Below, one piece after another: positions 18,001-36,000 of a DNA stretch of 64,000 nt. The notes under the pieces are model-generated. The model was not told the DNA's origin. It saw only the letters and a list, made by a program, of their open reading frames with translations, and did not search any database. Both the position numbers and the translations under genes were made by a program. The DNA lies in NCBI GenBank assembly GCA_964016885.1, contig OZ024754.1, forward strand, positions 26,846,001-26,910,000, in the 5' to 3' direction. How positions within the stretch are numbered: position 1 is the first letter of the stretch; the number at the start of each line of letters is the position of its first letter. The DNA is from Eledone cirrhosa. Lineage: Eukaryota.

Positions 18001-21000
18001 CCAGCAACACTACCATCACCAACACTACCACCACCAACACTACCACCACCAACACTACCACCACCAACACTACCACCACCCGCACTACCATCACCAACAC
18101 TACCATCACCAACACTACCACCACTAGCACTACCATCACCAACACTACCATCACCAACACTACCAGCACCAACACTACCATCACCAACACTACCATCACC
18201 AACACTACCACCACCAACACTACCATCACCAACACTACATTCACCAACACTACCACCAACACTACCATCACCAACACTACCATCACCAACACTACCACCA
18301 CCAACACTACCATCACCAACACTACCATCACCAACACTACCACCACCAACACTACCATCACCAACACTACATTCACCAACACTACCACCAACACTACCAT
18401 CACCAACACTACCATCACCAACACTAACACCACCACCAACACTACCATCACCAACAGTACCATCACCAACACTACCACCACCAACACTACCATCACCAAC
18501 CCTACCATCACAAACACTACCATCACAAACACTACCATCACCAACACTACCATCACCAACACTACCACCACCAACCAACACTACCATCACCAACACTACA
18601 TTCACCAACACTACCACCAACAACACTACCATCACCAACACTACCATCACCAACACTACCATCACCAACACTACCATCACCAACACTACCATCACCAACA
18701 CTACCACCACCAACACTACCAACACTACCATCACCAACACTACCACCACCAACACTACCATCACCAACCCTACCACCACCAACCCTACCATCACCATCAC
18801 TACCATCACCAACCCTACCATCACCAACACTACCATCACCAACACTACCATCACCAACACTACCATCACCAACACTACCATCACCAACACTACCATCACC
18901 AACACTAACATCACCAACACTACCATCACCAACACTACCATCACCAACACTACCACCACCAACACTACCATCACCAACACTACCATCACCAACCCTACCA
19001 TCACCAACACTACCATCACCAACACTACCATCACCAACACTACCACCACCAACACTACCACCACCAACACTACCATCACCAACACTACCATCACCAACAC
19101 TACCACCACCAACACTACCACCACCAACACTACCATCACCAACACTACCATCACCAACACTACCACCACCAGCAACACTACCATCACCAACAGTACCATC
19201 ACCAACACTACCACCACCAACACTACCATCACCAACACTACCATCACCAACACTACCACCACCAACACTACCACCACCAACACTACCATCACCAACACTA
19301 CCATCACCAACACTACCACCACCACCAACACTACCACCACCAACACTACCACCACCAACACTACCATCACCAACACTACCATCAGCAACCCTACCATCAC
19401 CAACACTACCATCACCAACACTACCACCACCACCAACACTACCACCACCAACACTACCACCACCAACACTACCATCAGCAACCCTACCATCACCAACGCT
19501 ACCATCACCAACACTACCACCACCAACCCTACCACCACCAACCCTACCACCACCAACACTACCATCACCAACACTACCATCACCAACACTACCATCACCA
19601 ACACTACCATCACCAACACGACCATCACCAACACGACCATCACCACCACTACCACCACCAGCACTACCATCACCAACACTACCATCACCAACACTACCAC
19701 CACCATCACTACCACCACCAACACTACCATCACCAACACCCCCATCACCAACACTACCACCACCAACACTACCACCACCAACACTACCATCACCAACCCT
19801 ACCATCACCAACACTACCACCACCAACACTACCACCACCAACACTACCACCACCAGCACTACCATCACCAACACTACCATCACCAACACTACCACCACCA
19901 ACACTACCATCACCAACACCACCATCACCAACACCACCACCACCACCAACACTACCACCACCAACACTACCATCACCAACACTACCACCACCAACACTAC
20001 CACCACCAACACTACCACCACCAACACTACCACCACCCGCACTACCATCACCAACACTACCATCACCAACACTACCATCACCAACACTACCATCACCAAC
20101 ACTACCATCACCAACACTACCACCACCAGCACTACCATCACCAACACTACCATCACCAACACTACCACCACCAACACTACCATCACCAACACTACCATCA
20201 CCAACACTACCACCACCAACACTACCACCACCCGCACTACCATCACCAACACTAATATCACCAACACTACCACCACCAACACTACCACCACCAACACTAC
20301 CATCACCAACACTACATTCACCAACACTACCACCACCAGCACTACCATCACCAACACTACCATCACCAACACTACCATCACCAACACTACCATCACCAAC
20401 ACTACCATCACCAACACTACCACCACCAACACTACCATCACCAACACTACCATCACCAACACTACCACCACCAACACTACCATCACCAACACTACCATCA
20501 CCAACACTACCATCACCAACACTACCACCACCAACACTACCATCACCAACACTACCATCACCAACACTACCACCACCAACACTACCACCACCAACACTAC
20601 CATCACCAACACTACCATCACCAACACTACCACCACCAGCAACACTACCATCACCAACAGTACCATCACCAACACTACCACCACCAACACTACCATCACC
20701 AACACTACCATCACCAACACTACCACCACCAACACTACCACCACCAACACTACCATCACCAACACTACCATCACCAACACTACCACCACCACCAACACTA
20801 CCACCACCAACACTACCATCAGCAACCCTACCATCACCAACACTACCATCACCAACACTACCACCACCACCAACACTACCACCACCAACACTACCACCAC
20901 CAACACTACCATCAGCAACCCTACCATCACCAACGCTACCATCACCAACACTACCACCACCAACCCTACCACCACCAACCCTACCACCACCAACACTACC

Positions 21001-24000
21001 ATCACCAACACTACCATCACCAACACTACCATCACCAACACTACCATCACCAACACGACCATCACCAACACGACCATCACCACCACTACCACCACCAGCA
21101 CTACCATCACTAACACTACCATCACCAACACTACCACCACCAACACTACCACCACCAACACTACCATCACCAACACCCCCATCACCAACACTGCCACCAC
21201 CAACACTACCACCACCAACACTACCATCACCAACCCTACCATCACCAACACTACCACCACCAACACTACCACCACCAACACTACCACCACCAGCACTACC
21301 ATCACCAACACTACCATCACCAACACTACCACCACCAACACTACCATCACCAACACCACCATCACCAACACCCCCACCACCACCAACACTACCACCACCA
21401 ACACTACCATCACCAACACTACCACCACCAACACTACCACCACCAACACTACCACCACCAACACTACCACCACCCGCACTACCATCACCAACACTACCAT
21501 CACCAACACTACCACCACCAGCACTACCATCACCAACACTACCATCACCAACACTACCACCACCAACACTACCATCACCAACACTACCATCACCAACACT
21601 ACCACCACCAACACTACCATCACCAACACTACATTCACCAACACTACCACCAACACTACCATCACCAACACTACCATCACCAACACTACCACCACCAACA
21701 CTACCATCACCAACACTACCATCACCAACACTACCACCACCAACACTACCATCACCAACACTACATTCACCAACACTACCACCAACACTACCATCACCAA
21801 CACTACCATCACCAACACTACCACCACCACCAACACTACCATCACCAACAGTACCATCACCAACACTACCACCACCAACACTACCATCACCAACCCTACC
21901 ATCACAAACACTACCATCACAAACACTACCATCACCAACACTACCATCACCAACACTACCACCACCAACCAACACTACCATCACCAACACTACATTCACC
22001 AACACTACCACCAACAACACTACCATCACCAACACTACCATCACCAACACTACCATCACCAACACTACCATCACCAACACTACCATCATCAACACTACCA
22101 CCACCAACACTACCAACACTACCATCACCAACACTACCACCACCAACACTACCATCACCAACCCTACCACCACCAACCCTACCATCACCATCACTACCAT
22201 CACCAACCCTACCATCACCAACACTACCATCACCAACACTACCATCACCAACACTACCATCACCAACACTACCATCACCAACACTACCATCACCAACACT
22301 AACATCACCAACACTACCATCACCAACACTACCATCACCAACACTACCACCACCAACACTACCATCACCAACACTACCATCACCAACACTACCACCACCA
22401 ACACTACCATCACCAACACTACCATCACCAACCCTACCATCACCAACACTACCATCACCAACACTACCATCACCAACACTACCACCACCAACACTACCAC
22501 CACCAACACTACCATCACCAACACTACCATCACCAACACTACCACCACCAACACTACCATCACCAACACTACCACCACCAACACTACCACCACCAACACT
22601 ACCATCACCAACACTACCATCACCGACACTACCACCACCAACACTACCATCACCAACACTACATTCACCAACACTACCACCACCAGCACTACCATCACCA
22701 ACACTACCATCACCAACACTACCATCACCAACACTACCATCACCAACACTACCATCACCAACACTACCATCACCAACACTACCACCACCAACACTACCAT
22801 CACCAACACTACCATCACCAACACTACCACCACCAACACTACCATCACCAACACTACCATCACCAACACTACCACCACCAACACTACCATCACCAACACT
22901 ACCACCACCAACACTACCATCACCAACACTACCATCACCAACACTACCACCACCAACACTACCACCACCAACACTACCATCAGCAACACTACCATCACCA
23001 ACACTACCACCACCAGCAACACTACCATCACCAACAGTACCATCACCAACACTACCACCACCAACACTACCATCACCAACACTACCATCACCAACACTAC
23101 CACCACCAACACTACCACCACCAACACTACCACCACCAACACTACCATCACCAACACTACCATCACCAACACTACCACCACCACCAACACTACCACCACC
23201 AACACTACCACCACCAACACTACCATCACCAACACTACCATCAGCAACCCTACCATCACCAACACTACCATCACCAACACTACCACCACCACCAACACTA
23301 CCACCACCAACACTACCACCACCAACACTACCATCACCAACACCACCATCACCAACACCACCACCACCACCAACACTACCATCACCAACACTACCACCAC
23401 CAACACTACCACCACCAACACTACCATCACCAACACCCCCATCACCAACACTACCACCACCAACACTACCACCACCAGCACTACCATCACCAACACTACC
23501 ATCACCAACACTACCACCACCAACACTACCATCACCAACACCACCATCACCAACACCACCACCACCACCAACACTACCACCACCAACACTACCATCACCA
23601 ACACTACCACCACCAACACTACCACCACCAACACCCCCATCACCAACACTACCACCACCAACACTACCACCACCAACACTACCATCACCAACACCCCCAT
23701 CACCAACACTACCACCACCAACACTACCACCACCAACACCCCCATCACCAACACTACCACCACCAACACTACCACCACCAACACTACCATCACCAACACC
23801 TCCATCACCAACACCACCACCACCACCAACACTACCATCACCAACACTACCACCACCAACACTACCACCACCAACACTACCATCACCAACACCCCCATCA
23901 CCAACACTACCACCACCAACACTATCACCACCAGCACTACCATCACCAACACTACCACCACCAACACTACCATCACCAACACCACCATCACCAACACCAC

Positions 24001-27000
24001 CACCACCACCAACACTACCACCACCAACACTACCATCACCAACACTACCACCACCAACACTACCACCACCAACACTACCACCACCAACACTACCATCACC
24101 AACACTACCATCAGCAACCCTACCATCACCAACACTACCATCACCAACACTACCACCACCACCAACACTACCACCACCAACACTACCACCACCAACACTA
24201 CCATCAGCAACCCTACCATCACCAAAGCTACCATCACCAACACTAAAACCACCAACCCTACCACCACCAACCCTACCACCACCAACACTACCATCACCAA
24301 CACTACCATCACCAACACTACCATCACCAACACTACCATCACCAACACGACCATCACCAACACGACCATCACCACCACTACCACCACCAGCACTACCATC
24401 ACCAACACTACCATCACCAACACTACCACCACCATCACTACCACCACCAACACTACCATCACCAACACCCCCATCACCAACACTACCACCACCAACACTA
24501 CCACCACCAACACTACCATCACCAACCCTACCATCACCAACACTACCACCACCAACACTACCACCACCAACACTACCACCACCAGCACTACCATCACCAA
24601 CACTACCATCACCAACACTACCACCACCAACACTACCATCACCAACACCACCATCACCAACACCACCACCACCACCAACACTACCACCACCAACACTACC
24701 ATCACCAACACTACCACCACCAACACTACCACCACCAACACTACCACCACCAACACTACCACCACCCGCACTACCATCACCAACACTACCATCACCAACA
24801 CTACCATCACCAACACTACCATCACCAACACTACCATCACCAACACTACCACCACCAGCACTACCATCACCAACACTACCATCACCAACACTACCACCAC
24901 CAACACTACCATCACCAACACTACCATCACCAACACTACCACCACCAACACTACCACCACCCGCACTACCATCACCAACACTAATATCACCAACACTACC
25001 ACCACCAGCACTACCATCACCAACACTACCATCACCAACACTACCACCACCAACACTACCATCACCAACACTACCATCACCGACACTACCACCACCAACA
25101 CTACCATCACCAACACTACATTCACCAACACTACCGCCACCAGCACTACCATCACCAACACTACCATCACCAACACTACCATCACCAACACTACCATCAC
25201 CAACACTACCATCACCAACACTACCACCACCAACACTACCATCACCAACACTACCATCACCAACACTACCACCACCAACACTACCATCACCAACACTACC
25301 ATCACCAACACTACCATCACCAACACTACCACCACCAACACTACCATCACCAACACTACCATCACCAACACTACCACCACCAACACTACCACCACCAACA
25401 CTACCATCACCAACACTACCATCACCAACACTACCACCACCAGCAACACTACCATCACCAACAGTACAATCACCAACACTACCACCACCAACACTACCAT
25501 CACCAACACTACCATCACCAACACTACCACCACCAACACTACCACCACCAACACTACCATCACCAACACTACCATCACCAACACTACCACCACCACCAAC
25601 ACTACCACCACCAACACTACCATCAGCAACCCTACCATCACCAACACTACCATCACCAACACTACCACCACCACCAACACTACCACCACCAACACTACCA
25701 CCACCAACACTACCATCAGCAACCCTACCATCACCAACGCTACCATCACCAACACTACCACCACCAACCCTACCACCACCAACCCTACCACCACCAACAC
25801 TACCATCACCAACACTACCATCACCAACACTACCATCACCAACACTACCATCACCAACACGACCATCACCAACACGACCATCACCACCACTACCACCACC
25901 AGCACTACCATCACTAACACTACCATCACCAACACTACCACCACCAACACTACCACCACCAACACTACCATCACCAACACCCCCATCACCAACACTACCA
26001 CCACCAACACTACCACCACCAACACTACCATCACCAACCCTACCATCACCAACACTACCACCACCAACACTACCACCACCAACACTACCACCACCAGCAC
26101 TACCATCACCAACACTACCATCACCAACACTACCACCACCAACACTACCATCACCAACACCACCATCACCAACACCCCCACCACCACCAACACTACCACC
26201 ACCAACACTACCATCACCAACACTACCACCACCAACACTACCACCACCAACACTACCACCACCAACACTACCACCACCCGCACTACCATCACCAACACTA
26301 CCACCACCAGCACTACCATCACCAACACTACCATCACCAACACTACCACCACCAACACTACCATCACCAACACTACCATCACCAACACTACCACCACCAA
26401 CACTACCATCACCAACACTACATTCACCAACACTACCACCAACACTACCATCACCAACACTACCATCACCAACACTACCACCACCAACACTACCATCACC
26501 AACACTACCATCACCAACACTACCACCACCAACACTACCATCACCAACACTACATTCACCAACACTACCACCAACACTACCATCACCAACACTACCATCA
26601 CCAACACTACCACCACCACCAACACTACCATCACCAACAGTACCATCACCAACACTACCACCACCAACACTACCATCACCAACCCTACCATCACAAACAC
26701 TACCATCACAAACACTACCATCACCAACACTACCATCACCAACACTACCACCACCAACCAACACTACCATCACCAACACTACATTCACCAACACTACCAC
26801 CAACAACACTACCATCACCAACACTACCATCACCAACACTACCATCACCAACACTACCATCACCAACACTACCATCACCAACACTACCACCACCAACACT
26901 ACCAACACTACCATCACCAACACTACCACCACCAACACTACCATCACCAACCCTACCACCACCAACCCTACCATCACCATCACTACCATCACCAACCCTA

Positions 27001-30000
27001 CCATCACCAACACTACCATCACCAACACTACCATCACCAACACTACCATCACCAACACTACCATCACCAACACTACCATCACCAACACTAACATCACCAA
27101 CACTACCATCACCAACACTACCATCACCAACACTACCACCACCAACACTACCATCACCAACACTACCATCACCAACCCTACCATCACCAACACTACCATC
27201 ACCAACACTACCATCACCAACACTACCACCACCAACACTACCACCACCAACACTACCATCACCAACACTACCACCACCAACACTACCATCACCAACACTA
27301 CCATCACCAACACTACCACCACCAACACTACCATCACCAACACTACCACCACCAACACTACCATCACCAACACTACCATCACCAACACTACCACCACCAA
27401 CACTACCACCACCAACACTACCATCACCAACACTACCATCACCAACACTACCACCACCAGCAACACTACCATCACCAACAGTACCATCACCAACACTACC
27501 ACCACCAACACTACCATCACCAACACTACCATCACCAACACTACCACCACCAACACTACCACCACCAACACTACCATCACCAACACTACCATCACCAACA
27601 CTACCACCACCACCAACACTACCACCACCAACACTACCACCACCAACACTACCATCACCAACACTACCATCAGCAACCCTACCATCACCAACACTACCAT
27701 CACCAACACTACCACCACCAGCAACACTACCACCACCAACACTACCATCACCAACACCACCATCACCAACACCACCACCACCACCAACACTACCATCACC
27801 AACACTACCACCACCAACACTACCACCACCAACACTACCATCACCAACACCCCCATCACCAACACTACCACCACCAACACTACCACCACCAGCACTACCA
27901 TCACCAACACTACCATCACCAACACTACCACCACCAACACTACCATCACCAACACCACCATCACCAACACCACCACCACCACCAACACTACCACCACCAA
28001 CACTACCATCACCAACACTACCACCACCAACACTACCACCACCAACACCCCCATCACCAACACTACCACCACCAACACTACCACCACCAATACTACCATC
28101 ACCAACACCCCCATCACCAACACTACCACCACCAACACTACCACCACCAACACCCCCATCACCAATACTACCACCACCAACACTACCACCACCAACACTA
28201 CCATCACCAACACCTCCATCACCAACACCACCACCACCACCAACACTACCATCACCAACACTACCACCACCAACACTACCACCACCAACACTACCATCAC
28301 CAACACCCCCATCACCAACACTACCACCACCAACACTATCACCACCAGCACTACCATCACCAACACTACCACCACCAACACTACCATCACCAACACCACC
28401 ATCACCAACACCACCACCACCACCAACACTACCACCACCAACACTACCATCACCAACACTACCACCACCAACACTACCACCACCAACACTACCACCACCA
28501 ACATTACCATCACCAACACTACCATCACCAACACTACCACCACCAGCACTACCATCACCAACACTAACACCACCAACACTACCATCACCAACACTACCAT
28601 CACCAACACTACCATCACCAACCCTATCACCAACACTACCACCACCAACACTACCACCACCAACACTACCACCAACAACACTACCACCACCCGCACTACC
28701 ATCACCAACACTACCATCACCAACACTACCACCACCCGCACTACCATCACCAACACTACCACCACCAACACTACCACCACCCGCACTACCATCACCAACA
28801 CTACCATCACCAACCCTACCACCACCAACACTACCATCACCAACACTACCATCACCAACACTACCATCACCAACACGACCATCACCGACACTACCACCAC
28901 CAACACTACCACCACCAACCCTACCACCACCAACACTACCATCACCAACCCTACCATCACCGACACTACCACCACCAACCCTACCACCACCAACCCTACC
29001 ACCACCAACACTACCATCACCAACCCTACCATCACCGACACTACCACCACCAACCCTACCACCACCAACCCTACCACCACCAACACTACCATCACCAACC
29101 CTACCATCACCAACACTACCACCACCAACACTACCACCACCAACACTACCACCACCCGCACTACCATCACCAACACTACCATCACCAACACTACCACCAC
29201 CAGCAACACTACCATCACCAACACTACCATCACCAACACTACCACCACCAACACTACCATCACCAACACTACCATCACCAACACTACCACCACCAACACT
29301 ACCATCACCAACACTACCATCACCAACACTACCATCACCAACACTACCACCACCAGCACTACCATCACCAACACTACCATCACCAACACTACCACCACCA
29401 ACACTACCATCACCAACACTACCATCACCAACACTACCACCACCAACACTACCACCACCCGCACTACCATCACCAACACTAATATCACCAACACTACCAC
29501 CACCAGCACTACCATCACCAACACTACCATCACCAACACTACCACCACCAACACTACCATCACCAACACTACCATCACCGACACTACCACCACCAACACT
29601 ACCATCACCAACACTACATTCACCAACACTACCACCACCAGCACTACCATCACCAACACTACCATCACCAACACTACCATCACCAACACTACCATCACCA
29701 ACACTACCATCACCAACACTACCATCACCAACACTACCATCACCAACACTACCATCACCAACACTACCACCACCAACACTACCATCACCAACACTACCAT
29801 CACCAACACTACCATCACCAACACTACCACCACCAACACTACCATCACCAACACTACCATCACCAACACTACCATCACCAACACTACCACCACCAACACT
29901 ACCATCACCAACACTACCATCACCAACACTACCACCACCAACACTACCACCACCAACACTACCATCACCAACACTACCATCACCAACACTACCACCACCA

Positions 30001-33000
30001 GCAACACTACCATCACCAACAGTACCATCACCAACACTACCACCACCAACACTACCATCACCAACACTACCACCACCAACACTACCATCACCAACACTAC
30101 CATCACCAACACTACCATCACCAACACTACCACCACCAACACTACCATCACCAACACTACCATCACCAACACTACCATCACCAACACTACCACTACCAAC
30201 ACTACCATCACCAACACTACCATCACCAACACTACCACCACCAACACTACCACCACCAACACTACCATCACCAACACTACCATCACCAACACTACCACCA
30301 CCAGCAACACTACCATCACCAACAGTACCATCACCAACACTACCACCACCAACACTACCATCACCAACACTACCATCACCAACACTACCACCACCAACAC
30401 TACCACCACCAACACTACCATCACCAACACTACCATCACCAACACTACCACCACCACCAACACTACCACCACCAACACTACCACCACCAACACTACCATC
30501 ACCAACACTACCATCAGCAACCCTACCATCACCAACACTACCATCACCAACACTACCACCACCACCAACACTACCACCACCAACACTACCACCACCAACA
30601 CTACCATCAGCAACCCTACCATCACCAACGCTACCATCACCAACACTACCACCACCAACCCTACCACCACCAACCCTACCACCACCAACACTACCATCAC
30701 CAACACTACCATCACCAACACTACCATCACCAACACTACCATCACCAACACTACCACCACCAGCACTACCATCACCAACACTACCATCACCAACACGACC
30801 ATCACCAACACGACCATCACCACCACTACCACCACCAGCACTACCATCACCAACACTACCATCACCAACACTACCACCACCAACACTACCACCACCAACA
30901 CTACCATCACCAACACCCCCATCACCAACACTACCACCACCAACACTACCACCACCAACACTACCATCACCAACCCTACCATCACCAACACTACCACCAC
31001 CAACACTACCACCACCAACACTACCACCACCAGCACTACCATCACCAACACTACCACCACCAACACTACCATCACCAACACCACCATCACCAACACCACC
31101 ACCACCACCAACACTACCACCACCAACACTACCATCACCAACACTACCACCACCAACACTACCACCACCAACACTACGACCACCAACACTACCACCACCC
31201 GCACTACCATCACCAACACTACCATCACCAACACTACCATCACCAACACTACCATCACCAACACTACCATCACCAACACTACCACCACCAGCACTACCAT
31301 CACCAACACTACCATCACCCACACTACCACCACCAACACTACCATCACCAACACTACCATCACCAACACTACCACCACCAACACCACCACCACCCGCACT
31401 ACCATCACCAACACTAATATCACCAACACTACCACCACCAGCACTAACATCACCAACACTACCATCACCAACACTACCACCACCAACACTACCATCACCA
31501 ACACTACCATCACCGACACTACCACCACCAACACTACCATCACCAACACTACATTCACCAACACTACCACCACCAGCACTACCATCACCAACACTACCAT
31601 CACCAACACTACCATCACCAACACTACCATCACCAACACTACCATCACCAACACTACCACCACCAACACTACCATCACCAACACTACCATCACCAACACT
31701 ACCACCACCAACACTACCTTCACCAACACTACCATCACCAACACTACCATCACCAACACTACCACCACCAACACTACCACCACCAACACTACCACCACCA
31801 ACACTACGACCACCAACACTACCACCACCCGCACTACCATCACCAACACTACCATCACCAACACTACCATCACCAACACTACCATCACCAACACTACCAT
31901 CACCAACACTACCACCACCAGCACTACCATCACCAACACTACCATCACCCACACTACCACCACCAACACTACCATCACCAACACTACCATCACCAACACT
32001 ACCACCACCAACACCACCACCACCCGCACTACCATCACCAACACTAATATCACCAACACTACCACCACCAGCACTACCATCACCAACACTACCATCACCA
32101 ACACTACCACCACCAACACTACCATCACCAACACTACCATCACCGACACTACCACCACCAACACTACCATCACCAACACTACATTCACCAACACTACCAC
32201 CACCAGCACTACCATCACCAACACTACCATCACCAACACTACCATCACCAACACTACCATCACCAACACTACCATCACCAACACTACCACCACCAACACT
32301 ACCATCACCAACACTACCATCACCAACACTACCACCACCAACACTACCTTCACCAACACTACCATCACCAACACTACCATCACCAACACTACCACCACCA
32401 ACACTACCATCACCAACAGTACCATCACCAACACTACCACCACCAACACTACCATCACCAACACTACCATCACCAACACTACCACCACCAACACTACCAC
32501 CACCAACACTACCATCACCAACACTACCATCACCAACACTACCACCACCACCAACACTACCACCACCAACACTACCACCACCAACACTACCATCACCAAC
32601 ACTACCATCAGCAACACTACCACCACCACCAACACTACCACCACCAACACTACCACCACCAACACTACCATCAGCAACCCTACCATCACCAACGCTACCA
32701 TCACCAACACTACCACCACCAACCCTACCACCACCAACCCTACCACCACCAACACTACCATCACCAACACTACCATCACCAACACTACCATCACCAACAC
32801 TGCCATCACCAACACGACCATCACCAACACGACCATCACCACCACTACCACCACCAGCACTACCATCACCAACACTACCATCACCAACACTACCACCACC
32901 AACACTACCACCACCAACACTACCATCACCAACACCCCCATCACCAACACTACCACCACCAACACTACCACCTCCAACACTACCATCACCAACCCTACCA

Positions 33001-36000
33001 TCACCAACACTACCACCACGAACACTACCACCACCAACACTACCACCACCAGCACTACCATCACCAACACTACCATCACCAACACTACCACCACCAACAC
33101 TACCATCACCAACACCACCATCACCAACACCACCACCACCACCAACACTACCACCACCAACACTACCATCACCAACACTACCACCACCAACACTACCACC
33201 ACCAACACTACCACTACCAACACTACCACCACCCGCACTACCATCACCAACACTACCATCACCAATACTACCACCACCAGCACTACCATCACCAACACTA
33301 CCATCACCAACACTACCACCACCAACACTACCATCACCAACACTACCATCACCAACACTACCACCACCAACACTACCATCACCAACACTACATTCACCAA
33401 CACTACCACCAACACTACCATCACCAACACTACCATCACCAACACTACCACCACCAACACTACCATCACCAACACTACCATCACCAACACTACCACCACC
33501 AACACTACCATCACCAACACTACATTCACCAACACTACCACGAACACTACCATCACCAACACTACCATCACCAACACTACCACCACCACCAACACTACCA
33601 TCACCAACAGTACCATCACCAACACTACCACCACCAACACTACCATCACCAACCCTACCATCACAAACACTACCATCACAAACACTACCATCACCAACAC
33701 TACCATCACCAACACTACCACCACCAACCAACACTACCATCACCAACACTACATTCACCAACACTACCACCAACAACACTACCATCACCAACACTACCAT
33801 CACCAACACTACCATCACCAACACTACCATCACCAACACTACCATCACCAACACTACCACCACCAACACTACCATCACCAACACTACCACCACCAACACT
33901 ACCATCACCAACACTACCATCACCAACACTAACATCACCAACACTACCATCACCAACACTACCATCAGCAACACTACCATCACCAACACTAACATCACCA
34001 ACACTACCACCACCAACACTACCATCACCAACACTACCATCAGCAACACTACCATCACCAACACTAACATCACCAACACTACCACCACCAACACTACCAT
34101 CACCAACACTACCATCACCAACACTAACATCACCAACACTACCATCACCAACACTACCATCACCAACACTACCATCACCAACACTAACATCACCAACACT
34201 ACCACCACCAACACTACCATCAACAACACTACCACCACCACCATCACCAACACTACCATCACCAACTCTACCATCACCAACACTACCATCACCAACACTA
34301 ACATCAACAAAACTACCATCACCAACACTACCATCACCAACACTACCACCACCAACACTACCATCACCAACACTACCATCACCAACCCTACCATCACCAA
34401 CACTACCATCACCAACTCTACCATCACCAACACTACCATCACCAACTCTACCATCACCAACACTACCATCACCAACCCTACCATCACCAACACTACCATC
34501 ACCAACACTACCACCACCAGCACTACCATCACCAACACTACCATCACCAACACTACCATCACCAACACTACCACCACCAACACTACCATCACCAACACTA
34601 CCATCACCAACCCTACCATCACCAACACTACCATCACAAACACTACCATCACCAACCCTACCATCACCAACACTACCATCACCAACACTACCATCACCAA
34701 CCCTACCATCACCAACACTACCATCACCAAACTACCACCACCAACACTACCACCACCAACACTACCATCACCAACACTACCACCACCAACACTACCATCA
34801 CCAACACTACCATCACCAACACTACCACCAACACTACCATCACCAACACTACCATCACCAACACTACCATCACCAACACTACCATCACCAACACTACCAT
34901 CACCAACACTACCACCACCAACACTACCACCACCAACACTACCATCACCAACACTACCACCACCAACACTACCATCACCAACACTACCATCACCAACACT
35001 GCCACCACCAACACTACCACCACCAACACTACCATCACCAACACTACCATCACCAACACTACCACCACCACCAACACTACCATCACCAACAGTACCATCA
35101 CCAACACTACCACCACCAACACTACCATCACCAACACTACCATCACCAACACTACCACCACCAACACTACCACCACCAACACTACCATCACCAACACTAC
35201 CATCACCAACACTACCACCACCAACACTACCATCACCAACACTACCACCACCAACACTACCACCACCAACACCACCATCACCAACACTACCACCACCAAC
35301 ACTACCGTCACCAACACTACCATCACCAACACTACCATCACCAACACTACCATCACTAATACTACCATCAACAACACTACCACCAACACTACCATCAACA
35401 ACCCTACCATCACCAACCCTACCATCAACACTACCACCACCAACACTACCATCAGCAAGACTACCATCACCAACACTACCATCACCAACACTACCATCAC
35501 CAACACTACCACCACCAACACTACCATCACCAACACTACCACCACCAACACTACCACCACCAACACTACCACCACCAACACTACCATCACCAACACTACC
35601 ATCACCAACACTACCACCACCAACACTACCATCACCAACACTACCACCACCAACACTACCACCACCAACACTACCACGACCAACACTACCATCACCAACA
35701 CTACCATCACCAACACTACCACCACCACCAACACTACCATCACCAACAGTACCATCACCAACACTACCATCAACAACACTACCACCACCAACACTACCAT
35801 CACCAACACTACCACCACCAACACTACCATCACCAACACTACCACCACCAACACTACCACCACCAACACTACCACCACCAACACTACCATCACCAATACT
35901 AGCACCACCAACACTACCACCACCAACACTACCATCACCAACACTACCATCTGCAACACTACCACCACCAACACTACCATCAGCAACCCTACCATCACCA

